This document shows positions 27,901-38,474 of a stretch of DNA of 64,000 nucleotides, piece by piece. Source of the DNA: Trichoplax adhaerens (taxonomy: Eukaryota; Animalia; Placozoa); contig NW_002060975.1 in the NCBI RefSeq assembly GCF_000150275.1, forward strand, positions 190,655 to 254,654, in the 5' to 3' direction. The first letter of the stretch is position 1. The number at the start of each line of letters is the position of its first letter. Made by a program: the position numbers and the translations under genes. The notes under the pieces were generated by a model. The model saw only the letters and a program-made list of their open reading frames with translations. It made no database searches and was not told the origin of the DNA.

Positions 27901-30900
27901 GTAATAAGACCTAGGATCTTCTTACGAGTGTATTTATTTCATGCTAGCGATTATACAGGTAAAATTTAATAAAAATATCGCAATTTCAGTTTGAGCAAAT
28001 AATTTATATAATCAAGTATCAAAAAAAGTTTTATAATTATTAAAGAGCGAAAATAGAACATCGCATCAGTCATTCTCTTAATTTATAAGTAAACTTGTTA
28101 AAAGCTGCAATTGAAGCTAAAGAGCTGCTTCAATTCCCGCATATATAATTTAGGTTCAGATAAATAACACGGAACATCTGGATAATCTTGGAGTTCTTGC
28201 TAATATTGGCTTGGCAATATCATTAATATCCATCTGCCTAACATTATCTGTATATACCTTCCTAAGGTTAGTACACAGTATGTGATCAAAGTTTATTGCC
28301 TTGCAGAGGATACAATTATGTTGTCTTGTAGTTATTAGCCTTAATCGAATATTTTGTCTATTTAATCATCACGTGTTAATAAAATTTTTATATGCAAAAC
28401 GGATTAGGTTAAATTCTGAAAGATTTACAATCCATAAGAATTTACTAGTAGCTCTGCTGCTAACGCAAATTTTCATCTTTACCGGAATGTACATAGCCAA
28501 GAATGCAGTATGTTCATCTACTGAATCTTCTTTCCTGTATTTTTAAATTGATCGATCTTTAATAACATAAATATTCGATAACATAATAGCGTTCGGCCAT
28601 TTTTACCCACTATAAAAAATTTATGGTGTATGATAGTCAATTTAGCTCATCTAACCCTAGTCGATCAATGTTATAGCATTTCATTTAATGACTACTTCGC
28701 TAAATGAAGTAAATTAAATATCTACGTTTCTCTTCAACTTTCAGATTATATGCAAGATATCAGCAGTCTGTCTACACTTTTTCTGCTTAGCATCATTTTC
28801 ATGGATGTCTGTGGAGGGGATTCATTTATATCTACTCATCATTACAGTTTTTAATCAAAAGAGCAAGAAACTCTACTACTACATTTTCGGATGGGGTAAG
28901 CATAGCAATGACTTGATACTTATTGAAATAGATAGTTCGACAATTTAATATTCATTATATTGCCATGTTAAGTAAATTCTAAAACCGTGATATTTTACTT
29001 TGATAAATAATGATTTTTGAGCTAATAAAACGTTACTCAAGACGATCACATACGGTATCATTTGCAATTAGGACTGCCAGTGATTGTGGTTGGCATATCA
29101 ATGTTGGTTCGCTTTGATAATTATGGAGCTAATGAAAGGTACGAGATTAATGTTATGAAATTCTTACATCGGAGTGATATTAACGAAGTTCGATTACTAA
29201 AGACAGTAGAAAGCTATAACAGTAAAAATAACAAAATTTTCTAGATATCCTTTAACCTTATCTAGTTATATAATGTCCACGTATAATAATTACGAAAATG
29301 TAAAAGTCATATCTAAGCGAGTGCACAGTTTATGACTTCCTACACTTTAGCGTCTAGATTTTCAATAAAACCAATAGAAAGAAGCTCAGAAAGCAAGTTC
29401 AAGATAGCAATTAAAGTTATCCATGTTTGAAGTTCTATCGATGTTCTAGCTGTTTCAGATTGTTGTATTCGAGCAACAGTAAAAACCATATTTTGTATTA
29501 GAATTAATTTTCGTTTGAATTTATCTCCTGGAATGGCAAAAGTAATACAATATCATAGTTAAACACTTACAATAGTTAGTTATGTCGTAATGAAGAACCT
29601 TGATAATTAAACAATTAAGCTGCTGATCAAGCAACATATCACCTTATTTACACCGTACTTAAGTAAAGGAGTTGTAATATTTAGAGAACGACTACTAATA
29701 AAATTAAGCCATAAATAATTAAATATGTGAATATGCATAATGGTTCTTATACAACAGAGAGCAAACTGGTTTAGTGGAATTAAAAACCTAACTAAAACGA
29801 TTTTTAATGCAGGTGTTGGTTATCAACTGCCGATGGATCTCGATGGGCATTTGTAGGGCCAGTTTTGGGTATAACTTTGGTAAGTGTTTATAATGTTAAA
29901 TAATGGGTAATAGTAGCTCAGATGCAAGATCTGCATGTGGTTCCTGCTGTTTCATTCGCTATCTAGTTTATGAGACCCTTTCTTAATCTATTGGCATTCT
30001 CATAATCTTAGATCAACACAATCATCATGATTGCAGTAATTAAGGTCACTGTAAGCTCCAGCACATCCGTTTTACATAAACAAGGCAAAACCAAATTTAC
30101 TGGAATCAAGTACGAATATATTGATTTATAATTTTGCTATTATTTATGTTGACAGCAAGCTATAAGAATCACTTGAATAAAATCGATCATTAATGTCGTT
30201 ATTACGTTAAAAAATTAATTTTGGAATTATAGTTTCATACAAATAAATGTTCTAATTCTGTTTCATTCTATAATCGTGAGTATACTTTAATCTCTCATTT
30301 ACTAAAGGTCTATGGTTAAAGCAACCGCCATATTATGTCCGCTGCTTGGATTAACTTGGATATTTGGCATGATACCTCTAACTGATCATACCATTGTGTT
30401 TTCCTACCTATTTGTGATATTTAGCTCTCTGCAGGTACTGTCATTTCTATTTTATCGATTAAATTTTGTTAGTACTATTTTAATCTACCTTGCGGCTTGG
30501 AGTAGTCACCATTTTTATTGTTCCAAGATGAAGTAATTGTATCGCCAGAATTTTACATTAACATGCAACGATCTTATCCTTATAATAAAATTTTTTGTGA
30601 CTTATAAACGGCTTCATTAATAATAGTGGCTAATAATATTCTTTTATTTCAATTTTAAGCATAATAATTAAGTCTCTTTTTGAATCAATTCCTGTAGGGT
30701 CTATCAATCTTCGTCTTTCATTGCTTATATAACTCTGAAGTAAGAAGATATTATAATTTATATCAGACTATGGAGCATAGCAATGTTTGATTTCTTAATT
30801 TATACTAATATTATTATATTTACTAATTAAGGTCAGACAAGCATTCAATAGAATGATGGAGAAACGACTTGTACCGGCAAGCTTAACTAAAAACGAAAAA

Positions 30901-32390
30901 GTACGAAAATATTTTCATTATAATATCTGTAAACACATATTTTAAACTAGTTTCATTGACTGGTTATCATAGTGAATTTCAAGATTTTATTCATTGTATT
31001 TATTTGTTATAATTTTGTATAGTCTCAAATATCAAGTTCACGTCCTGCCCTCTCAAGGACCATTAAAGGTAAACTTGCATCATTTGCGTAGCTTGCTCTT
31101 AGTTGATGATTCATGGCAAGTTATATGCTGTATGCTGTTATTGTCATCGCAAAAAATGCGTAATACATTGGATATATTGCTTGAGTAATTGTTAATATGA
31201 ATCAATTGGAATTTATCATAAGTATATTTAGTTACCTTTCCATATCCAAAATTTCATATCATAAATTTATCTTAACCAAAAAGCATTCCTCATTCCTGAT
31301 ATCTAATAATTACGATTTTAGAATCTACAGATACAGAACAAGAGTTAAGAATTGTGCGAGTTAATACCATGTCTTCTGATGAGGTAGGTGTCACGGTACG
31401 CCGTTACTAATTAAGTAACTGTAAATTAATGAATGCTTATGAATAGATAAGATAAGGTTATGTGCTATGTTTTAATGCGCTTGTAGCTAATAATAGGATG
31501 GTAGAAATGAGATAAAAATAGAAGTTATTAGCAGTTAATTTACTGTAGGTTTATAAGGTATGTTAATCTCTAAAAATTGAGCTGTCTATGGACGAAGGTT
31601 GAGCGTCTTAACACCTGATAGCTTGTAGCTATCTAAGTCTGAGGATATCGACATGTATATTTAGTAATGGTATTATACTAATTAATGTAACTTGCAAAGC
31701 ATGAATTCTCACTCGTTAATATTGGAATTCACTGTAGAAACCTATTTAAGCGCGTGTGTTTGTAGAATAAAGTAAGTAATTGCTCAAGAAACGGCAAGAC
31801 TCATATCGTGAAGAATAGTATAATAATTAGTCAGTTGTCTGTGGAGATCAGCCGAGAAATCGAGTTCTCAAATACTTCTCTCATAGAAACTGAAAATACT
31901 GGGAGAAATAGCCCAAGTTTTAAGTAACTACACTAGAGTTCTTTACTTTCCTTTGCCACAAGTGAGGGTTGTGATAGTAGGTTCAAGATTTATGCTGATA
32001 TTTAAGTAGAAACAAGAGAACACACATCAGTAATAGGATATGCCCTTTTCGCTACCCGTCTAATAAAGAAATAAGCTTATATATGTGCTAACTCTAATCG
32101 TAAATTAGTACGGCATAATACTTTATATTTTAATCACCCTTATAACAATTTAAATCATGAAAAAATAGTCATCACAGATACCAGACAATAATTTCAAGCA
32201 CAAATTTTAACTATCATTGAATTGAAATAATCATTGTTAAAAGTAATTGGTTAGCTGATAAATTCATTATATTAATTAATTAGCCATTTTACATGTTTTT
32301 TGCTTGCTGTCTTGCTGTATATTGCCACTTATCCTTAGCCTATTCTAATGTATAATATTCTGCTAATGTGTTATATTTTTCCAGGTTTAA
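17473..32390 (+). CDS. Adhesion GPCR (ADGRD/GPR133-like 7TM) with two C-type lectin domains, mucin stalk and GAIN/GPS; 25 coding exons, about 1077 aa
   Basis: Hand-spliced exons, all GT..AG and phase-consistent: 17473-17541, 18939-18960, 22653-23081, 23669-24088, 24274-24755, 25405-25593, 25676-25735, 25832-25940, 26108-26236, 26347-26419, 26512-26629, 27283-27359, 27675-27783, 28154-28266, 28408-28507, 28745-28895, 29072-29138, 29813-29879, 30012-30109, 30308-30434, 30698-30739, 30832-30900, 31023-31068, 31322-31383, 32385-32390 (sum 3234 nt, no internal stop). Motifs: CVYWN...WSDDGC...CACNHLTHFALLLQ (GPS), ERFTIHKNL, LHFFCLASFSWMSVEGIHLY, GWGLP, CWLS, WAFVGP, PLLGLTWIFG, QGLSIFVFHCLYNSEVR. 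Exons 1, 2 and 25 are less certain than the core 22653-31383. Confidence 0.9.
22653..23081 (+). CDS. Exon 3: C-type lectin domain 1
   Basis: CDAGWSQFGYSC...TFDDAVASCQAMGGRLVEIDS...YWIGL...YSNW...DNCTAL...WGWFEKKC...YFICQ; symmetric phase 1-1 exon. Confidence 0.92.
23669..24088 (+). CDS. Exon 4: C-type lectin domain 2
   Basis: CLPGWAKYQNSTC...SFEDALAVC...LAEIDNEEKENFI...WIGL...WYLRQPN...ACV...WQWWDLPC...YICEK; symmetric phase 1-1 exon. Confidence 0.92.
24372..24461 (+). repeat. 30-bp coding tandem repeat (3 copies) in the Thr/Pro mucin-stalk exon 24274-24755
   Basis: PTTDLSTTNE / PTTDLSATNE / PTTDLATTSG; nucleotide unit close to CCGACAACAGATTTATCCACTACCAATGAA. Confidence 0.85.
27283..27783 (+). 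other. GPS motif of the GAIN domain (exons 12-13), with HL|T autoproteolysis site and Stachel peptide
   Basis: MECVYWNLTT-NKWSDDGCKLL...ATCACNHL|THFALLLQV; H-L-T codons at 27745-27753. Confidence 0.92.
31389..31976 (+). mobile_element. Solo LTR (588 bp) of an LTR retrotransposon in the last predicted intron of the adhesion GPCR
   Basis: Termini TGTCAC...GTGATA (one transition away from the perfect inverted GTGACA). Perfect 5-bp direct repeat GTAGG at 31384-31388 and 31977-31981. TATTTAA at 31743 followed by AATAAA at 31766. Confidence 0.75.
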
Positions 32391-33761
32391 GTACTAATAT
32401 AGTGATGATAGATTAAATATTGGTCAATCTTCTAGCTTTCACCGACATCTCTAAATATCAACTTTTATCTTTTTCAGTCTAAAGAGTTTCCAAATAGTGC
32501 AACGGAATCACAGATCAACTTGCTAGATAATCCAGGAGATTGATGAAATCGCTATCAAGTGATAAAAGATAGAAAATAAATAGTTAGATTAGAAGATATT
32601 TATGATATTTGTTGCTAATTCCTTTAAATTATAATGGATATCGATAGTCCATAATATTTACAATGAGTTCATGTAAGCTATAGAAAGGACTAATTTTCCG
32701 AGTGTTAAGTTATAATTTAGGTGAGATTGCTATCTAAAAGTGCTTATGTTACTCCTACTGATACATAGGAGCTCTTTCATTATCCAATTATATCAACGCA
32801 TTCACTTTGAAATTATCTTAATATATCAAGCTTCTTGGCTTTATTACGTACTCGAGAGCAAGATTGTAGCCTATAAAATCTAAAAATTTATTTATTATAC
32901 AAATATAATGTATGTAGTATTAAGATGGGTAGACATATTGTCAGGTAACTAGATCGATATATATCATACGTAACTAACTATCGATATTATGTCGGTTGAA
33001 CATACTAGTGTGAGAGCTAAACAACTAGATACATTGATTAATAGCTGCTGTCTTGACACGAATTGCAAAAAATGATTTATCTACAGTATATTTCCATATC
33101 CAAATCAATTGACATGATATAAAAGTGATAGAATATAATCCCAATAAAGCGTTCATTAATAGCTATTTTAACTCAATATCTTTATTAAAAGATGCTATCA
33201 AATTTAACAATTGAATCCTTCCGTATACTCTTGCACCAATATCAAAAATACTTAAATTATGAAGCTTAAATTAAAAAATTAGGGCTATAAAGTTAGATAT
33301 ATCACCTATACCATACGATATTGGCTTTGAAACTTTGTGATTTGATTAAAATTAGCATCGGATTTTCTATCTTTAAATGTTCCATGTATAGACCAGTAAC
33401 ATGTGTAAACGTGAAATTCTTCGCTTTGTAACATGTATTGTACTACTGAGAATAACAATAAAAATTAAATTTTTGGTCATAACCAGGATATGTTTTTAAA
33501 GACATAACAGCTCTTGTTTCCTCCTGAAATAGTTTGATATAATGTAGATTTGAGTATTTCACTGTCTATATTGAAAATTAATATAATACATGCATAAAAA
33601 TTTTAAACCGAACATCAAGTTAACTGGAGCGTTTCATGTTAGTAAGTTTTAATAATTAGCTTGGACAATAATCTCCTCTAATCATTTTATACCTAGGTAA
33701 GAATATTTAATTGAGAAATCTTAGTATTGAAACCATAAATGCTTGTAATGTAACTTAGTAT

Positions 33762-34288
33762 TGTGATTGTAGACTGTTAGCCATGTTTAGTATAATGTAC
33801 GATAGATATTTATCCTAAGAGATATTTGGTAGCTATAACTATAGACTGTAGTGGTAGAGACTCTATGCTACAGTACAGATGACTATATACAGTAAGCTGT
33901 TGAGTTACTAATAAGGTTATAGGTAAAAATAGAACTGTAAATCATATATTAGGATATGGTTAATTCATTGTACTTTGGCTGGTGTGAATGATGTCTATGT
34001 AAGTACTGTAGTCGTATTGGATTAATGATGGTCCGCAGTAGAATAGTCTTACTAAGAATAATTTAACTATGTGTAAAATAAGGTAAAAGGTTGCTATGCG
34101 GATTGTAGCTGCGAATGCTACGGAAAGTATAAAAGCATACAACTTTAGATTATTCTGTTAGGTCGTTCTAGAAGTCTTTAGTAGTAGTATTCGGCTAGAG
34201 AGAGCTGTGTGTAGTTAATCTTTGTATAAGATTCAATAAAACCCTTATTTTCCTAAAGTTTGGAATCTCGTGATTGGTATATATCACA
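33762..34288 (+). mobile_element. Solo-LTR-like element (527 bp)
   Basis: TGTGAT...ATCACA inverted termini, TATAAAA at 34128, AATAAA at 34235, G-richer + strand. No direct target-site duplication was found. Confidence 0.5.
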
Positions 34289-37200
34289 ATGCTATATTAT
34301 AAAACTGAGTTATTTGAGGTATAAATTTTGCCAAGTATAAAATTTTTTACGGTAGAAAATTTTCATTCATATGTTTACTAATACACTAGGTACTACAGTA
34401 GCTGTTACTTTCAACTCTGGTTTAATGGCTTTAAAGGCAGGAGTAGATATCAAGGAGTCATGCCAAGGTGATTTGTCATGCACAATTAAGGAATACTAGT
34501 ATAAGATTTTGAACGTATCCTTTGTATGTATATCTCCCAAACCAATACTGATGACGAGAGCTGCATTCTCATTCCAGATCTTGGTCCCCGTATTTTATAC
34601 GTTTGCATATTCATATTAAAGATATTTTTCTCATCATTATGAGATTGATTGTACGCAGCTTTATTGTACATCTGCGATCGTTTTTGCCCTAAACGGGTAT
34701 AATGATCTAAATTTTTGACTTAATTAGATAATTTGATGAAAAAATATCTGCAGCGAGGTCTGGAGTATACTATTAAACTTATGCAAATTCGGCAGAATAT
34801 GCATTAAATACATATCAAGAACAATAAGTTTTGAATTATATATTAGTTAAGTGAAATAGATGTTGCGGTAATTATTCCAGTAGAAAGACGGTCATAAAAA
34901 TTTCCATTAATACCATACGAAAATCTTTTCATGAAAACATTTTACTGGAAGGCTACTTCTAGATTAAAATATAAAATCAATCCTGGAATATCAATCCTAA
35001 TTGAAGACCAAAAGAAAAAACTTCATTATAAACCTAATGAAACATGTCAAGTTAAAACAATTTTACTTAATATTGGGCAATATTAATAAATATCAGTCTA
35101 TTTTAAGATACGATTCATTAATTTGATTACCTATCCTATTTTGCCTACAGCGATAATAAAATAATAGCTAATCTTGAGCGAGCTAATTTAGCAAGTAATA
35201 AAAAGCTACTACGATGATGCTATGTTGAATGATGGATTGTATCGACAAACTTTATGAACTGAATATATTCCATGTTTACTTCTGTTAAGGGAAGCGATTT
35301 GAAGTTAATTAATACTTGAATGTCTCACCTAATCCTAATTTTCCGTTACCCTAAAGCATTAAAAGGTTTTTAGTAAATTAATCTTTCCAAAGAAGACAAG
35401 AACAGAAATGAAATAGATATTCTAATTATTATAGTGTCGCATTTTACAATGAAGAGATCGATATACAGATTTTTGGCCATAGCAATCAGTGCTTGTTCAT
35501 TATAAGAAACAATGCTAATTAAATACTACATAGGTTCCTTAATTAAATTAATGAAATAGTCTATACTAGGGCTAATTCATCCATTTTTATTTAATAAGAT
35601 TATGAAATGTGAAATAAATTGGAGACATACATTGTTTCAAATACTAAGATGATAGCGATTGGCTATTAAAAGAATAAATACTCGTATAGCTGCTCTTGAG
35701 AGGCAAATTACGCAGAGTTCAACTTTGGCTTATGCCAAATCATGAGAAAATGGTTGTCTAAGTGATGTCATAATTAGCAAAGCATCAAAGAGCTTGCTTT
35801 AAATGCGCTATTACGAACAAAAAGTCATAAATGTCTCTGTTAACTGACATGGCAAATGCCTTGGTAAAATGAATCTAATAAGATCGAAATCATACCATAG
35901 TGGAAAGATGACAAAGAAAATCATTTTTCTTGACTGTATTAAAGGTTATTTTAATATTCTTATTCTAGCTGTAAAGGAAGCATTTTTTATAAATTTGTCG
36001 GCTAAAGTGAATTAATTTTTTTTTCTTTCCTATAATCAACTTTTAGTAGAAAAAGAATTAATAAATAAAGGTCAATAGAAAAGAAATTACGTTGAAATAA
36101 ATACGTAATGGAACTGACATTTCTTTCTTGGAAAAGAAAAAAACAGAACTTTGCGCCTGCTTCGTACTAAATAAAGATTTCGGAAAATATATGAAAAAAA
36201 GTGCTCCATTGCTAGCAAATTAAGGCGTTATTTATAAAATTGATAAATTGGATGAACGAATACCGTTTTGAAACATAGTTATTAAAATCGATGGTTACAT
36301 TACTATGGAATATAATAATAATTTAACAAGTCCTTAACAGTCGTATAATCTTGCCTATAATCTATCTTTAGTTGATCAAATATCTTTTGATGGCTATGTT
36401 CGTAATAACTACTGAATGTGAAGATTAAATAAAATCTCAAAACAGTTTCTTTTGTTTTTTTGATTAGAAGATATAATTCCTTTTTTGTGCTAATATTGCA
36501 CCTTAAATAAGGTGCGATATTTCAAATGCCAAATTATCGCAGCTGTACCGTAGATTCAAGCCTATATTAGTAGATAAAGCATGCTTAGGAAATGCTGTAT
36601 TGCGTTGATACATTCTAACGAATACTAATGGGTATGTTTTATTTCTACAGAGATAGTTGGTAAATGTATACCGTTATTTAATCTTACCATTATCTTCGCT
36701 TAGTAAAATGATGTATTTGACGGAGAGTAAGGTTTATAGTGGAAGATTTACGCGCATAAGGTTATAGGATATTCGATAGAATGCAAAGATCTTTAATTAT
36801 TTTGATCGATCATTCAGGAATGCAATTCTATAGTTTCTGTTTAGACGTTATATGGTGACATAATTTCTCACATACTGAATATTGTTACATAAAAGACTAA
36901 GCTACAAAATTCCATCAGTTTAAATGATAGCAACTGATTTACACATCGCATGGCTCATTAATATTAAATTTAGTTTTCAGTTTCTATAATACGCACTTTT
37001 CGTTTTTATTTTAGCTTTCGTATGAGTATGAACTCTAATTTTTCTGTATTAGAACTATTATTTTACTCTACTTTGATAAGTTTACTTTAAATTAAAGCTG
37101 TATGGGTAAGAAACACTAATAATACCGTCGCATCCTCATTTTTCGAGTTTTATTATGTATTTGAAAGAGTACGAAATTTTTTACGTCCTATTTGAAAGTT

Positions 37201-37433
37201 GGTGCATTGCCAATGATCAATTAACATTTATTTTGGCTAGTTCGGGAATTAATTAAGTTACTGGATTGGTAAAAATAAGTATCATTTATTATGGACATAG
37301 GGGAAGGTATATGGAATTTTTATTGATTTAATGCAATACAACCAAATAAGAAATAATATTGTAAACATCAAGCATAAGCTTGCTAAAGCATCATAGAATT
37401 CATCCACGTGAAATTCCTACAATATTCATTAAT

Positions 37434-38474
37434 TTACCTTAGATAGATCGAATGTTCAACTTTTAAAGGATATGAATTACTGATAGCTGAATTGAAATTA
37501 TTGATATCAATTTGCCTTGTGCACTGATAGGGTATTAAACGCTTAATCAATTTAACTGATCCATATCGTATTCTTTTATCAAACTTTAAATAGATGAAAG
37601 GATTTAAGATAACCGTACTTGTAGTTACTGCTAAAGAGAAAAACAAAAGCAAAAAATAACCTATGTTGTTCATACGTACATCCATGAATGATTGACGAGT
37701 AATAGCTAAACCGACCATTGATGCAAAGAATGGCCAGCTGATCAAGATATAAGATACAGAAATACTTAGTAACATTTTAATAAATCGCTTCTTTCTCAAC
37801 GAGTCTTCTTCGCGCTCGACAGAAAAGGCATCCTTGGGTGTAATGTAACTCTTTTGAAGTTTAATAATTTTCCAGTAGATAACGATAATCAGTATTGCAG
37901 GCAGAAAAAATTCTATAATAGTAAATGCAATTAAATAGGCCGAAATCGATGGAGTTATTTCTGGAATATCACATTGCAATGTATCATTATGATGGACTCG
38001 AACAAAAACGATCACGGGTGCGGTCACTGATGCTGACGATATAGCAATAGCAACTTCTCCAAAGATCAAGATACGGTTTTTATTACGTCCATAGACATTA
38101 GAAAATGGTTTCATACTATAGTAGCGATCAATTCCAATCAAGCATAAATTCATCATAGATATACCATAAGATGTAAAGGTGAAATATAACGATACACGGC
38201 ACATCATCGTACCACCATAATAATCTAACTGACGACTTGCAACTTGGATATAGCCAATAAATGATGCAATAGTACAAATAATATCTGATATAACAGTCAC
38301 ACGCATGACTTGATATGTTGTCTTTCTGAAATATTTATCGGTCATAAAAAGACCTAGGATGAACAGATTGACTATCAAACCTATCAAAAATATTGGAATG
38401 CCAGCTAGCGATGCATAAGAGTAGATCGTGGATGAAAAATCTATTTGTGCTACTTGATTTACGCTGAAATTCAT
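37434..38474 (-). CDS. Single-exon class A (rhodopsin-like) orphan GPCR, paralog 1 (346 aa from the first ATG, MNFSVNQ...)
   Basis: Seven hydrophobic segments; TM1 GLIVN, TM2 VISD, TM3 C...GIDRYY, ECL2 Cys, TM5 FFLP, TM6 SWPFF, TM7 LNPFIY; N-terminal N-F-S sequon. The ORF-track start at 38528 is a GTG. Confidence 0.92.
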   Translation of the reverse strand: MNFSVNQVAQIDFSSTIYSYASLAGIPIFLIGLIVNLFILGLFMTDKYFRKTTYQVMRVTVISDIICTIASFIGYIQVASRQLDYYGGTMMCRVSLYFTFTSYGISMMNLCLIGIDRYYSMKPFSNVYGRNKNRILIFGEVAIAISSASVTAPVIVFVRVHHNDTLQCDIPEITPSISAYLIAFTIIEFFLPAILIIVIYWKIIKLQKSYITPKDAFSVEREEDSLRKKRFIKMLLSISVSYILISWPFFASMVGLAITRQSFMDVRMNNIGYFLLLFFSLAVTTSTVILNPFIYLKFDKRIRYGSVKLIKRLIPYQCTRQIDINNFNSAISNSYPLKVEHSIYLR

